Origin: Macrostomum lignano
Lineage: Eukaryota
NCBI GenBank assembly: GCA_002269645.1
Contig: NIVC01000997.1
Span: 323,013-387,012, forward strand
Length of the DNA stretch: 64,000 bases
Direction of reading: 5' to 3'
The translations under genes were made by a program, and so were the position numbers. Position 1 is the first letter of the stretch; every line of letters starts with the position of its first letter. Below the pieces are notes generated by a model that ran no database searches, was not told where the DNA came from, and worked only from the letters and a program-made list of their open reading frames with translations. This document shows positions 24,923 through 37,129 of this stretch, piece after piece.

Positions 24923-26952
24923 GGGTCTAGTGTCTAAACGCACGAACTCCCACTTCCAGACCAAAAGTCTTGGAACTAAATTGATCATTTACTGCTGTGG
25001 GCTCCTCTTCTTGTAGCGCAGGTTCTTCGTAGCGCGGGGGTTCGTCTCTTCGATTCTGAAGGCGGCCGTACGCGAAAGCAACTTTAGTTTACTAAACAGT
25101 TCTACTCGTCGGCGTTAACTTTTTCCCCGTGTTCAATGATCAAAATCAGAGATGCACCTTAATAATATAATCAATTCTGTAGCCTTAACCTATAACCTAA
25201 ATTCTATGTCAAGGCCCGGAATTGGAGTCGTGTACCCTATCTCTTGCTCTATAAGTGTATCGTAATCAGTCGTCAATCAGAAATCAATAAATCGTCTAAT
25301 TAAGAGCATCGGAATCGATCCAAAGGCTCCTATCTAGGAGGCCTTCAATTCATAATTCAACAGAAATCAATTGATCAACAACCGCCGATAGCAACTCAGC
25401 TCTCGAAAATCAAATAGCAAAGGCATCACAGAAGGCTTACCGAACGGTACGGATTTGTCTCAGAGGCGAAAGGATTAATTATCAGCTTTTGAGTGACTGC
25501 TCAGATATTTTTCATTGTTTTGTTTCCTTTCATTTATTCATACAGCTGATCAGGTGACTTTTTCTCTAGTCTTTTTATGCGATCAGGCCTGTCTCCGATG
25601 ATCGCAATGAATGGCTCCAACAGAGGAATAGCTACAGCTGCTGATCAATAGATCATTATCATTGCTCAAGTCGTACTGCCCACAGACGGTGCCAGAGCTT
25701 CTACAGGCACCCTACCGGCGGGGACAGGCGGGAAGATCTAGCTGGTGCAAAATGCCTTGCTCAAAAAATTTTAGAAGCCAGTGAGTTCGTTGAAAATATT
25801 GTCACGTCATCAGTTCGCGACTTTCACATTTCATGACTCTGACGGATCGAATTCAGATTTAAGTGTGGAATTACAGAATAAATTACAGGTAAATTTAATA
25901 ATAAAAAATACATTCACTCAAAAAATGAAAATTCCAATAACAACTGCTTGGCATTCAAATTTAATTTTTCTCATGCGGTAATTTAATCAAAGACAGACAA
26001 AACCACAGAATATAGACAGAATGCCCGATCAGCCCTCTCATAAATTTTCATAACTACTGCTCCGCTTCACCACAAAAGTATTTTGTTTGCATATTAATTT
26101 CTGAACATTACACGAAAGCCGATGTGACTATCTCCTCAGCTTGAGAGACTAGCTGAGGATGTCCAGCAGTTGAGGTTTGCCCACTGTCAAGGCTTGATCA
26201 GCGAAACTAGAGAAATTCGCATCGGGGTGTTCATAGTCACCTGGTGTCATCTGTTGAAGGTCCAGAAGCTCTGCCTGGGTAAAGGCCAGTGCCCAACGAA
26301 GCCAGAGCTAATGCAGACACATGTGGTCGACGTGCTGATGAAATTTGGAGGCTTGGTAAGGCTGCACTGAGGTGCAGTGCTGATTGGTGCACAGGGGTGT
26401 ACTGAATACACTAGCGCTTATGTGAAAAATCCCACCTTCTGGCAGAATCGTCGAATATCTCGACGATCCAGAGGGCTGGCGACTTGATTCTTGTTTGAGA
26501 AGGTGCGCAACAAAGAGTTAGCCCGTGTTCTTGAATTTCGTGGGCCTGCGTTGCTCCAGCAAAAAATTGTCAGGGGGATTCCATTGTCAGGAGCGGAAAA
26601 TGGTTTGGTATTCCTACTGTTAATGCCTCGAACTTGGTTGACTGAGAAACGCAGGTTGCCGCTTCCATTGTTGACAAAAATGATGAATCCTTTGTGCTCT
26701 CAGGTAGAGGAGATTGCAGTAGTACACGAGAAGCTCTCGCTGCTGCCCATAGAGACGAGCTTTGCTATGTTGTTCTTAGCACGCGTCGGATCAGTCGATT
26801 GATTTTTTATATCCGGTGGGCTCATGCAGATATGCTTGGCCATCAGCGTCTACTCCTTCTACCAAAGTATCCTTCTTCTTCAGATACTTCATTTGTTCTT
26901 GGTCGCGTTCACCTAACGGTTCACCTAACGGTTCACCTAACGTAGAGAGTAG

Positions 26953-27789
26953 TGTAGTGATTCGCTAGTTGGTGTTAGGCGTCCCCTTTTGTCAGCAGTT
27001 TCCCTCGCCCTCGCCCTTGCCCTGGGTCGCTGTCTGCCGCTGGTCAGCTTCCCACTCCCCTTTGTCTGGCCGTCTGCCTGCTGTTCCCGCGCCTTTTCTG
27101 CCTGTTTCTGCGCTCCCCTTTTGCAGCCATGAGCTTCTCTGCCGTGGCCTGCTCTTGTCCCAAGGTCACGGTGGTGGCCTGTTTCCTTTGTCATGTGAGC
27201 AAGTCACATGACAAGCCTTGCTTTCTTGCAGTCCTAAAAGTACAGTAAACATGTTTACTGCACTCGCCAGTCCGTGTTTACGGGAAATCACGTGCCTAAA
27301 GCCTTTCCCTTCTCTAAGGAAAGTAGTGACTCATATTTCTAAAAATAGACACTGAGTCACAGTCTAGTGCACTCTGCCCAGAGACCCCAAGTGACGTCAG
27401 TTCTAAAAATAGAACAAAGTCACGAGGTCTTGTGCGCATTGGGGCAGTGGTGAATCCCAGGCTAAAAATACGGACCCTCCTCACTCATGGTTCAGAATCC
27501 GTTTCCTTTTGATTTTCCTTTTTCAGTCCTTTTTCCTGTCTAGTTTCCGGTCTAGAAGTTTCCGATTTCCTAGCCTATCTGTTGCTTCTCTGTGTGCGTA
27601 CAAGTTAACCCTCTCTTTGTTTGCCTGACCATAAATCCAAAAGCCCAGTCAATAAGAGGCTAACAGCCGTCCCAACCGCCCATTAAGCCCCGCAGGATCT
27701 GCTGACGAGACGCCCTGCACGTTGAGCCGCAAATCTGCACACGGTTTTTAAGTGCCTGTAAGTCGGGAAGTAAATAATAAACTACTACA
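26953..27789 (+). mobile_element. Ty3/gypsy-type 5' LTR (about 837 bp)
   Basis: Begins TGTAGT and ends ACTACA (inverted termini), with AATAAA near the end and a PBS immediately after. Decayed gag-like sequence follows to 28200 and resumes at 30779. Confidence 0.7.
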
Positions 27790-27790
27790 C

Positions 27791-27809
27791 TGGTGGCAGC
27801 GGTGGGATT
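27791..27809 (+). promoter_or_regulatory. Primer-binding site complementary to the 3' end of tRNA-Leu
   Basis: TGGTGGCAGCGGTGGGATT is the reverse complement of AATCCCACCGCTGCCACCA and lies 1 nt after the LTR CA end. Confidence 0.8.
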
Positions 27810-28208
27810 CACAGACCTACCAGGCCACCCCGAGAAAAGGCAAACACTTCAGTAGCATGAATATCACTTCATCTTGAAGGCGCTCTTGCTGTACTTCTGT
27901 CAAAGCATTTGCACCAGGTCACCTTCCTCGATTGGTGGATATTGTCTTCTGACAGAACCAGATCCAATGTACTTTGACGCGCAGCATTCGATTGGCGGCA
28001 GCAAATTTGTCTCCAGAAATTATGTTGACAGAGCGCTTGAGAACCAGGCAGAAATATCTCTGAATACCTGAATCTCTGAATCGCTCCACGCATCGTCGTC
28101 ACGCATGCAAACCAAGGAAGCAGGTGAGTAAACTCCACCGTCAACTTTCTTCAAAGAGAAGTAACAGAAACGTAGAAACTCATTTAGGATGGGCTCCGAC
28201 TGGGCTCC

Positions 28209-29596
28209 GTTGATGTGGGCCGAAGCAAAACGGCCACCAGCGTCGTTCTTCCAGTTGATGTAGAGCCAGTCGGACTTATTGGCCTCCCGAACAATGCAGG
28301 CACCACCCGAGTTACAGGCGTCAGTCTCGATGACGATCCTTCGAGCGTAGCGAGGCCAGATGGGCGCGCAGCCAACGGACTGAAGGCTTCTCCTCCACCA
28401 GTGCAGCAACTCGGTGAGGTGCGGGGCCAGCCGCAATTTGTCACCAGGTCTAGTCGCCCGGCTCGCCAGCATCAGTAGAGGGCGGATGGAAGCTCGGCCT
28501 TTCCTGGTCACGCTGCTCACCCAGGACAGCTTGCCGCAGATCCGCTGAAGGTCGCGCTTGCTGATGGCACCGCGTCGATGCAAGCAGCTCCCAAGTGCGT
28601 CTTCGAGTGCACTGAGCTTGGCCGGTGGGATGCTCAGCGTCCCCGACTCCGTGTCAATCAGGACGCCCAGGAAAACCGTGCGCCGCGACGGCCCGCTAGA
28701 CTTCTTTTCGTTGATGGTAAAACCGAGGCTCGTCGCCAGGCTCCTCAAGTTCTCGTAAGCCTCGACACAGGCCTCGTAGGTGCTCCCGGCCACAGCGAAG
28801 TCGTCGAGGTAGCCAACGCAGGTGAACCCACGCCGTTGCATCATGCGCACCACCGCCTTAGACAGCCTGTTAAAATGGTACACCGAGGCCGCAGCGCCGA
28901 AGCTCAGCCGGGTGTCGACCAGGTAGGTAGGTTCGCTGTCGCCGCTAAATTGCCATTTGATGCCCAGAGCGTCGAGAGAAGAAGGATGAACACCTACTGA
29001 GCGATACGCCTCCTTAAGATCGATCTTGGCCGTGAAGTCACCGGGCTTGAGTTGTGAGCAGAGGCCGCTAACCGTCTCAAACTTAATCTTGTGGTCTGCG
29101 ATAAAGTGGTCGTTGACCGCACAGCCTTCCGGACGACTGCAGTCGTGGATGATACGGACTCCACCGTCCTCTTTCGGGATGGCACCAAGCGCGGAGATCT
29201 TGCACGGACGTCGGCTGACAGACACATACCGCCCGCTGGCGATCTCACGCTGCAATTGCTCTTCAACCAACGTCTTGTACTCAATGGCGGACGAGTAGTT
29301 CTCAACTTCGGAAGGCTTAAAATCTGTTTCAGTAGTGAGCGCGAAGCCGTTTTGGACTCCGTAAATTAAAAAAGGCCCGTCGGGTCGCCGTCCAGCTCCT
29401 TCGCCCAGGCATTTGCGTCAAGGGAGCCACTCGGATTGAAATTGATGTCGCGAATGGAGTAAAAACTTGGAATTAAAACTTGCGGCTGCCAGCTTGCCGG
29501 ATCCACTGGAGCCGCGGCTATTCGTTTTTTGCCACGTGTTGCGTCTCGGCGTGGTCCGAGCGCAAGCAGACCCGGCACGCATGCGTGTACTTGCAA
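28209..29596 (-). pseudogene. DIRS/Ngaro RT-RNase H, truncated within RNase H, 1-nt frameshift near 29380
   Basis: KISALGAIPKEDGGVRIIHDCS, KIDLKEAYRSV, LSFGAAAS, GYLDDF, VFLGVLIDT, IETDAC; ends at SAHIN. Confidence 0.85.
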
Positions 29597-30510
29597 TTCT
29601 GGAACTTGCAGCCACCACGGGTGTTGAACTTGAGGCAGACGGGCGCTCCTTGAATCACCGGAATCTTCCTGTCCATGCGAGAACGGGCATGTTGTGGAGT
29701 CTGCTGCGGGGCGATGAGGTGCCGTGCCACCAGCGAGAAACTCGGTCGCGCCCAGTCTTGCATGCCCGCCTGCTGCTCTCTTCTGAATGCGTCGTCGAAC
29801 CGCATGATCCTGGTGGTGTCGTAACCTGCCTCGACCAGCTCACCGATCTGCACATTGTACTGCAAGTACTGCCGAACGCCTTCCAGGTCGAGCTGTCCCC
29901 TAGAGATCAGGGCGTCGAGGATGCGCGCGTTGCCGACTATCCACTGACCGATTCCCAGCGATTCGGGTTTAGGCTGATTGGCGGTTGGATGCAGCACCTT
30001 TTCCCTACGACTCGCCGACGCCGTCCGAGGGTCGCAGCCGCAGAAATCCGCAACGACGAGTGGGGCCGCCCGTAGCCCTAGTTGAGCTACTGAGGGCTCG
30101 AGCCTGGTCTCGAACCCGGGACCTCTGAGCATACTCGGGATATTCATGTCGCTACTACAATCAGAGGGCTCATTAAGAAGCTGTTGGTCCACCTCACCTG
30201 GTCTAAATCGGCCTTCCAGCTGCTGGCGCATTGCTGCCGTCTCCGATTCCAGGCTAGCTATCTTCCGCCGGAGCTCTGCTAGGTCCAGCGCCTCCCCTGC
30301 CTCCAGCCGTTGTTGCTGCTGCTGCCGCCGACCTTCGCTGTCGGTCTCCGCGGAGTTTGACGCCGCTTGTTCCCGCCGACTAGCTGCTTCGCTCTGGCTC
30401 ATCGCAGTGGAGAGTCTGCTGACCAGGTCTTTCTTGTAGCCGTGCGTGCTCAGGTCCCTATCTCTCAATTCTTCACGTAGCTGATTTACAGTCATCCTAC
30501 GCAAACTCAT
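29518..30510 (-). CDS. gag-like ORF1 with N-terminal SAP-like motif and C-terminal CCCH/CCHH zinc fingers
   Basis: MTVNQLREELRDRDLSTHGYKKDLVSRL (SAP-like); CLKFNTRGGCKFQNCKYTHACRVCLRSDH (Ngaro-type); intact 330 aa. Confidence 0.8.
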   Translation of the reverse strand: MSLRRMTVNQLREELRDRDLSTHGYKKDLVSRLSTAMSQSEAASRREQAASNSAETDSEGRRQQQQQRLEAGEALDLAELRRKIASLESETAAMRQQLEGRFRPGEVDQQLLNEPSDCSSDMNIPSMLRGPGFETRLEPSVAQLGLRAAPLVVADFCGCDPRTASASRREKVLHPTANQPKPESLGIGQWIVGNARILDALISRGQLDLEGVRQYLQYNVQIGELVEAGYDTTRIMRFDDAFRREQQAGMQDWARPSFSLVARHLIAPQQTPQHARSRMDRKIPVIQGAPVCLKFNTRGGCKFQNCKYTHACRVCLRSDHAETQHVAKNE

Positions 30511-31656
30511 AGTACCCAGAGTAAGTTGAGTAATTAAGTTGGGCTAGCCAAAAATCGCAACAAAACGCACGCAAGCTGGCGAGGAGAGATAGGCTGAGGC
30601 GGGCACAACGCACGGGGCTAAAAAGGCCCCACAGACACCCACCCCCGCCCCGGGGGCGGCGCACCCACCCCCGGACCAAGCACCCCCAAACACGGGCGAC
30701 GACAAGCCCCCCCGGCCCCGCTAACAGCGATTGGCCAGCCAATCTACACGTAGAAACTCATTTAGGATGGGCTCCGACATTGTCACAGGGACATTTCAGT
30801 TTGCCTTTCTAGAAACTCCGCGAATGCCTTACCATGCTGGAACATACTATAGCCAGTCGATTTCAACGCAATCTAGATCGATAGCCGACAGAGCAGCGTC
30901 CTCTGGTAGATCCGGTTGATGAGTGTTCAGTAGTCTTCAGTAGTAGGATCTTCTAGGTAGTGAATAAAATTCATTAGATCAGCGTCATCAGCGTGGTCCT
31001 TTGCACTCAACATAGAAAGAAAATCCACTTCTTTGGCAGACACTCCGTTAAAGGGAGTTTGTTTGTCAAGTTTTTCCAATATATTAAATGCATTCTAGAG
31101 AAGAGTAAACAATGAAACCAACCCAAGCTTATAAAAATTAAACCAAAGCACTTTGAATTCCTTTGCTTTTTTCACTCCTTAGTCTATGGCACAGTTGTAG
31201 CGGTCTGATGTATGTCTATGGCCAAAATCTGCGCAGTCTAGAACGTTTCTGATTCGCTGGGGCATCGTTAAACAATCGCATTAAACAACGCTTTGGCGTT
31301 AAACAATGTTTCTAGTCGAGTATGCTAAACGATAGTAACAATAATCTCATTTATAGGATACTATCGGTAAACAATAAGCATAACCACTCGAGAGAGCTGC
31401 ACTCTCTATAATACCATATAAAAACCATACAAATCTATCATTGTTTCATCATTTCACGTCAAAAGAAGTATTTAAACTATTTTTTTCTACTTTCAAATTT
31501 AATGACAAAGCACAATGGGGCAGTTTTGTTCTCAGAAAACAATAATCTTGAATCAATGTATTTTGAAAAAATACGAAATATTTGAGACATTGATAAGTTT
31601 ACAAACTGCATAATAAACTTACCTGAAAACTTACCAGCATTCAAATGTTAATCTTT

Positions 31657-32079
31657 CTAGGAAAGCTGAATTGAAAAAAAGGTTTGAGCACACTTGCCAA
31701 TAATCCGATAGACGCTGTTCCTTCGCCGGCCTCCACAGATTATCTTGGCGTCTCCAGAGCAGGAATAGCTGCACTCTGATGGAGAGTTCGAAGCGCCATG
31801 TTTGCCGTAGCTGTTGCCGCAATAGCATTTCATGCCGTACTGTAGACCGAAGTAAGAGTAGCGTTCTTTGACACAGAAGCTGTAACAGTTCTCGGCCGTC
31901 ATATCAGACCATAATGACTTACTTGTGGGGAAATCCCTATTGAGAAGCTTGTCTTTATAGCAGCCAATATAGCTGAAATGGTTGCTATCTGCGTTGCTCT
32001 TTGCTTCTGCCAAAAGCACCGCGCTGCCAAGGAGCATTTGCAGGAGAATTAAGCTTGCTAACACGAAGCGCAGTTTCAT
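31657..32079 (-). CDS. Secreted single WSC-domain protein (WSC-5)
   Basis: MKLRFVLASLILLQMLLGSAVLLAEA signal; YIGCYKD, MTAENC, YFGLQYGMKCYCGNSYG, CSGD..CGG..NSVY. Confidence 0.9.
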   Translation of the reverse strand: MKLRFVLASLILLQMLLGSAVLLAEAKSNADSNHFSYIGCYKDKLLNRDFPTSKSLWSDMTAENCYSFCVKERYSYFGLQYGMKCYCGNSYGKHGASNSPSECSYSCSGDAKIICGGRRRNSVYRIIGKCAQTFFSIQLS

Positions 32080-32940
32080 GTTGTATCAGAGAAATCTTTC
32101 GAACGGAATTTTACAGCAACCAAAGGCGACAGCCATGCCAAGATGTTTTATCCACGAAGCAAGATAACAATTGCCGTGACAAGCTGACAAACTGGCTTGT
32201 AATTCCCACGGAATTATCCCAACACAGTGGAGTGAATGGATATGGCTTGGGAAAGTGGCGACTCAAACATAGGGAAAGACAGCTGTCATGCAATTGCTGC
32301 AGAATCTGCAACGGTTCTCAAAAATCCTACATTCCTACCGATACTCAATTTCTTCACCATGCAGTCTTGTCCATCATTCATTTCAGCAAGGAGATAGAAA
32401 GAGTAGATTAGCCGAATTCTAGCAAAGCTCTATTTTTACTACTTGAAATTTGATCGTGTAGTAGTATACTACGATGGTCACTATTCTAAACCCATTCTAT
32501 CTTTTTAAAAATTCTAATAGTGGAACCAGAAACGCTTCTGCTTTGATAGGCTTATCAACCTGGGCTTCTTATTCTTTTCAATATTTCAACCGTTTTTCCC
32601 TACAGGTAACCCGCATTCCTATCTCCTAGAGGTTTTTCAGCAAAGAGAAAACTATCTAAAAGCATTTTCATGCATTCCTCAAGCAGTAAAGTATCCAGCA
32701 GCTTCTCATAGCGCATGAGCTCATCCGTCAGTTTTCTTTCTTTTGTCGTTTGTAATTTCTGTACGTCTTTCAGGAGGGTCACGTCACAAGCTGGTTTTGC
32801 TGACAATTGCACCGCCATCAGAGCTTCTTAGGTTAAAAGGTGAATTTTCTTCTCAAGATTGATTGCTGAGGATCTCATCAAATAGCTTCTGAGATATAAG
32901 GCAGCTGTTTGTGGCTTACCTGTTTCACTTTCTTTCCACT

Positions 32941-33218
32941 TATGTTGGTTGCTACGTTGACGATTCGAATTCTAGGGCTCTTTCTGAACATTGGTACGAG
33001 TCAGAAACAGATATGACATGCAGCTCAATACTGCTACGACAGGTGTGTCCACGACAGTTACTCTTATTTCGGCTTGCAATTTGGCAAGCAGTGCTTCTGC
33101 GGCAACAGCTACGACAGACATGGTGCCGCAAATGCCGAGTCTGACTGCAACATGCCCTGCACGGGAGACTCAATGACAGCTTGTGGCGATGCACATAGGA
33201 TCAGCGTCTACAAGATTG
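32941..33218 (+). pseudogene. WSC-domain pseudogene (WSC-6)
   Basis: YVGCYVD..RAL..DMT, then a 4-nt TGCA insertion (33019-33022), then AQYCYDRC..YFGLQFGKQCFCGNSY..CTGD..CG..RISVYKIG and a donor. No intact leader seen. Confidence 0.85.
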
Positions 33219-34192
33219 GTAAATGATCAGGGGATTTGTTTGAGCTTTCTAAAACAAAAAATTAACTAGTAAAATCGCTTTAAAGGCACCCAGAAGCTGA
33301 AACAGAAGCAGTAAGTACTACAGGTAAGATTCTTGTCACGATTTAACTCTCTTCTTCATATACGACATACGCGTACGTTGCTTGGTGTTACGATAAATAA
33401 TTTCTAGCCTTCGTGGGTGTGTCTGTACTGATTAAGAGACGAAATATATTCAGTCGATGTCATGTACTTTCTGTATTTTATTGATGCTGCAAACCAAAAC
33501 TGTTTTGGTCTTGTTTTAGTTTTTCTTGAATCGACCTGCCTGCAGTCAAGTTCAGTAGATGTTTGTACATTCAATCGTGTAAACGGGGGATGGAAACCAT
33601 GTGCTGGACTCCAGTCAATAGCCAGGGGACAGAACTTCTACTTAAATGCGTACTCTGAATTTACAATCTCGTCATACAAGCTATCCGCGCCACTCTCCAT
33701 ACTTTCCATTTATTTCGGGTAGTAGATGAACTGTGACGGATTGAATTCAGAACTACTTGCACGATTACAGATAGATGCAAACAATTCTAATGTAATTGTA
33801 ATAAATTACAGGTATATTAGCTCGTAAATGAATAGAAACATCAGTTTGCTCAAAAAATGACAAATTTCAATGATAACTGCTTGACAGTCAAATTATATTT
33901 CATACATGCTGGTACTTAATTACAGAGAGACCGAATCGATGGAATTATGCAATAAAATAATGCTATCATTTAGGATGAAAAATCAAGTACAAAAATACAT
34001 GTACTTACAAGACTTACCACTGTGATGCTCGATACTCTCTCTTTTTTGGTGGACACATCTGGCTAAATGTGCTCGGTCCAAAAATTCGAACTCAGGGAGC
34101 AGAGGGGGGTTCTTACCGGTCCGAGGGTGATGGGGGTTCATCGGGGTCTCAATTGGGGCTGACTCAAAAACAGATTCCAGACCACTCTCTGG

Positions 34193-34588
34193 TCAATGGT
34201 ACTCACGAATCCTGTAGACGCTGTTGGCATATGAGCCACCGCAGATTAAATTGGAATCTCCGGTGCAGGTTCTGGAGCAGCTAGATGGGGATTTTTCCCC
34301 GTACTTTCCATAGCTGTCACCGCAGAAGCATTCTTCGCTATACTGCAGCCCGAAGTAGCTGTAGCCGCCTGCGACGCACGATTTGTAGCACAATTCCGCT
34401 GTCATGCTTGAGGACTTCCAATCTGGGCCAGAAAGATCCCTTGAATGCGAGTCTTCGAAGCAGCCAATGTAGACGTAATGGTCGCTCACAGCATTGCTTG
34501 GACTGGCTTCCAATGTGCCGCAGCACAGCAGAAGAAGCAGAGCAGAAATCCTCTTGAAGAGTAGCAGCCGATGCATATCTGGTCCCAT
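34193..34588 (-). CDS. Secreted single WSC-domain protein (WSC-7)
   Basis: RISALLLLLCCGTLEA signal; YIGCFED..RDLSG..MTAELCYKSC..YFGLQYSEECFCGDSYG..CTGD..CGG..NSVY. Donor C|GTGAGT at 34206. Confidence 0.9.
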   Translation of the reverse strand: MGPDMHRLLLFKRISALLLLLCCGTLEASPSNAVSDHYVYIGCFEDSHSRDLSGPDWKSSSMTAELCYKSCVAGGYSYFGLQYSEECFCGDSYGKYGEKSPSSCSRTCTGDSNLICGGSYANSVYRIREYH

Positions 34589-34974
34589 TGCTCACGTTGA
34601 GAATGAATGTCAGTTGGGAGATTTCTGCTTTTATTAACTTGCTGCATTGAGGAACTCGCAAGTGTGTAGCTGGCTTCAGGCGCCCAAATAAATTATTTAT
34701 TGACGTTAATTTTAGCCTTGCCAATTAGACTGCTTTTCTTAGACAGTTGCTTACACGGCTATTGTTTTGCCAGAACTCGTTTGAAGTTGCGCACCATTGT
34801 CTTGACTGACTGGCTTCTACTGAGGTTCTGAGCCAAAATTGCGTGTCTAACGAGGCAGCAGTGCTTCCTAATTAGAAGATGGCTGAAGCTGAAAAATAAT
34901 TTTCTAACCAATTTTACTCTAGATAGTTGAGACATTACCACATGAATGAACTACCTATATGTAAGGCAGTCATG

Positions 34975-35204
34975 CTTCTATCATCTGTACCAGAAGAATT
35001 ACTACAGAAATTATAACAGTAGTCAGCTGTAATGGCATTTCTGTCAGTCAAGCTTGAGCCAGAAAAACCTCTGTCAAAGACATTATCTTCATAGCAGCCA
35101 ATGTAGCTGAACTGGTTGCTTACAACATTTTTCAGCGCTCCTCTGCAACCATTCGCGAGCGACAGACGAAATAAGATTGCTGGTAAAAGTTCCCAACGTA
35201 ACAT
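34975..35204 (-). pseudogene. 3'-truncated WSC gene (WSC-8), inverted paralog of WSC-10
   Basis: Signal peptide and first half of the domain (to CYNFCSNSSG) match 36698-37073; the second half is absent. Confidence 0.8.
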
Positions 35205-35494
35205 TATTTGGCGGCTTTGTCTTTTGTTTATGTTTTTCTAGCTTAAAGACTGTCTTCTGGTGACTAAAACGCTTCCTGTTTGTCTGAAAGCGAGTTACGC
35301 TCGACAAACTGAGGGGCGCCTGCATCTTAACCACCGTTCTCAATTGTCAAATAAAACCCTTTGTTCACATGTATCCAGCATACAGGAATGACTTAGCAAA
35401 GCAAAGCAATTAATGCTACGTCACAGCTGCCTCGGACGATAAAGCATGACTGTGCCACGTATTAGTAGATCCTCAAGTTAATAAAAGCAGAAAT

Positions 35495-35777
35495 TATGTC
35501 TACATTGGCTGCTTCGGTGACTGGTATCATCCAAGGGATCTTTCTGGCCCAGATTGGAAGTCCTCAAGCATGACGGCGGAATTGTGCTACAAATCGTGCG
35601 TCGCAGGCGGCTACAGCTACTTTGGGCTGCAGTATAGTGAAGAATGCTTCTGCGGTGACAGCTATGGAAAGTACGGGGGAAAATCCCAATACAGCTGCTC
35701 CAAAACCTGCACGGGAGATTCAAATTTACTCTGCGGAGGCTCGTTAGCCAACAGCGTCCTCAGGATTCCTGAGTACC
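35495..35777 (+). pseudogene. Leaderless WSC pseudogene (WSC-9), inverted paralog of WSC-7
   Basis: Domain almost identical to WSC-7. Upstream CAAGTTAATAAAAGCAGAAAT is joined directly to the YVYIGC codons (about 143-nt deletion of ATG and signal). Donor GT is mutated to CT. Confidence 0.8.
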
Positions 35778-36697
35778 CCAGATCCAGAGAGAGAGAGAGA
35801 GAGAGAGAGAGTGTGGGGCCAAGTGGTGTGGAGTCTGTTTTTGAGTCAGCCCTAATTGAGACGATAAAGCCCCATGTCCCTCAGACCCCCAAGAAACCCC
35901 CTGCGCCCCTCACTTTGAATTGTTGGACCGAGCACATTTAGCCAGGTGTCTCATCAAATAATTAAGAGTATCATGCATAAGAGTGGAAAGTCTGGTAAGT
36001 ATGTTTAATTGATTTTTATCGCTAATACAATACTGTTCTACTTTCGTCGATTTTGTCTGTAAAAAAATCGAATGAAAGAAAATACGAGCGTATAATTTGA
36101 CTGCCAAGCAGTTGTTACTGGAATTTGAAATTTTTTGAGCGGTTGGATATTTTTTATTTATTTATTTTTTATTTATTTATTAGAGTACACATGCTCTGAA
36201 CCTATCACGACAGGGTGAACTTTGGAACTCTGCTTAATTTTCCTGGGTGACTCTTATACAGCTGCGTACTAACCTAAGCCATCTCTGCTTAACTTGCAGC
36301 GCTAGTGCAGTAAAATACGCTAAACCACTGATCTAGCGACTACCCGATAAAATCTCTGCATCTATGCATGATGCAAACTATATGCATCAAATTATGTAAT
36401 GGCTTATTTTTCGATTTCCTATTTTTCATTTTGCCAACTCGTATTTGCTTTGCTCAGCCAGTCCTGGGGTTGAATACATTTAGAAGACAGGGTTTTATTT
36501 GCTAATTGACGAAGGATGAAATGCAACCGCCAGTAAGTTTGTCGAATGTGACTGGCTTTCAGCGAAATTTGATCAAACAGGAAGCATTTTAGTTACCATG
36601 CAGAAAGCAGTCTTTCAGCTAGAAAAGCAGGCTGCCTGAATTGAGCAGAGCAAAGCAGTCAGAATTGCCTGTTATAGGGAGACAAAGCCACCAAGCC

Positions 36698-37129
36698 ATG
36701 TTGCTTTGGAAACTTTTACCAGCAATCTTATTTTGTCTGCCGCTCGCGAATAGTTGCAGAGTTGCGCTGAAAAATGTTGTAAGCAACCAGTTCAGCTACA
36801 TTGGGTGCTTTGAAGATAGAGTCTTCGACAGAGATTTTTCTGGCCCAAGATTTACTGACAGAAATGCCATGACAGCTGACTACTGTTATAATTTCTGTAG
36901 TAATTCTTCCGGAAGCAAGTACTTTGGCCTGCAGTACGGCCGGGAGTGCTACTGCGAAAACAGCTACGGCAAACATGGCGGACCATTGCCTGAGGCTGAG
37001 TGCAGCATGGCCTGTAGTGGAGATTCAAAATTCATCTGCGGCGACTTAAGCAAGAACAGCGTCTATCAAATTGGTAAGTCCAACCTATTCTACTCTCTAA
37101 TCAACCCATCTAGCTATTCTGCAAATTGA
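36698..37129 (+). CDS. Secreted single WSC-domain protein (WSC-10)
   Basis: MLLWKLLPAILFCLPLANSC signal; YIGCFED, MTADYCYNFC, YFGLQYGRECYCENSYG, CSGD..CG..NSVY. Donor G|GTAAG at 37074. Confidence 0.9.
   Translation: MLLWKLLPAILFCLPLANSCRVALKNVVSNQFSYIGCFEDRVFDRDFSGPRFTDRNAMTADYCYNFCSNSSGSKYFGLQYGRECYCENSYGKHGGPLPEAECSMACSGDSKFICGDLSKNSVYQIGKSNLFYSLINPSSYSAN

Larger units (their letters stand above)
28209..30747 (-). mobile_element. DIRS/Ngaro-type (tyrosine-recombinase class) retrotransposon fragment: 5' region, gag, RT and partial RNase H; no YR ORF
   Basis: gag and pol ORFs overlap (29518-29596); the fragment is flanked by a 31-bp direct repeat. Confidence 0.85.

Noticed and set aside
26000-26900. 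Coding region upstream of the LTR
   Set aside because: Coding-like composition, but all frames are interrupted and no motif was recognised.
33480-33730. Second exon of WSC-7 or a VMO1-like relic (NGKYGEW..FCP..GF)
   Set aside because: Only scattered motif resemblance with several stops and frame changes; not supportable.
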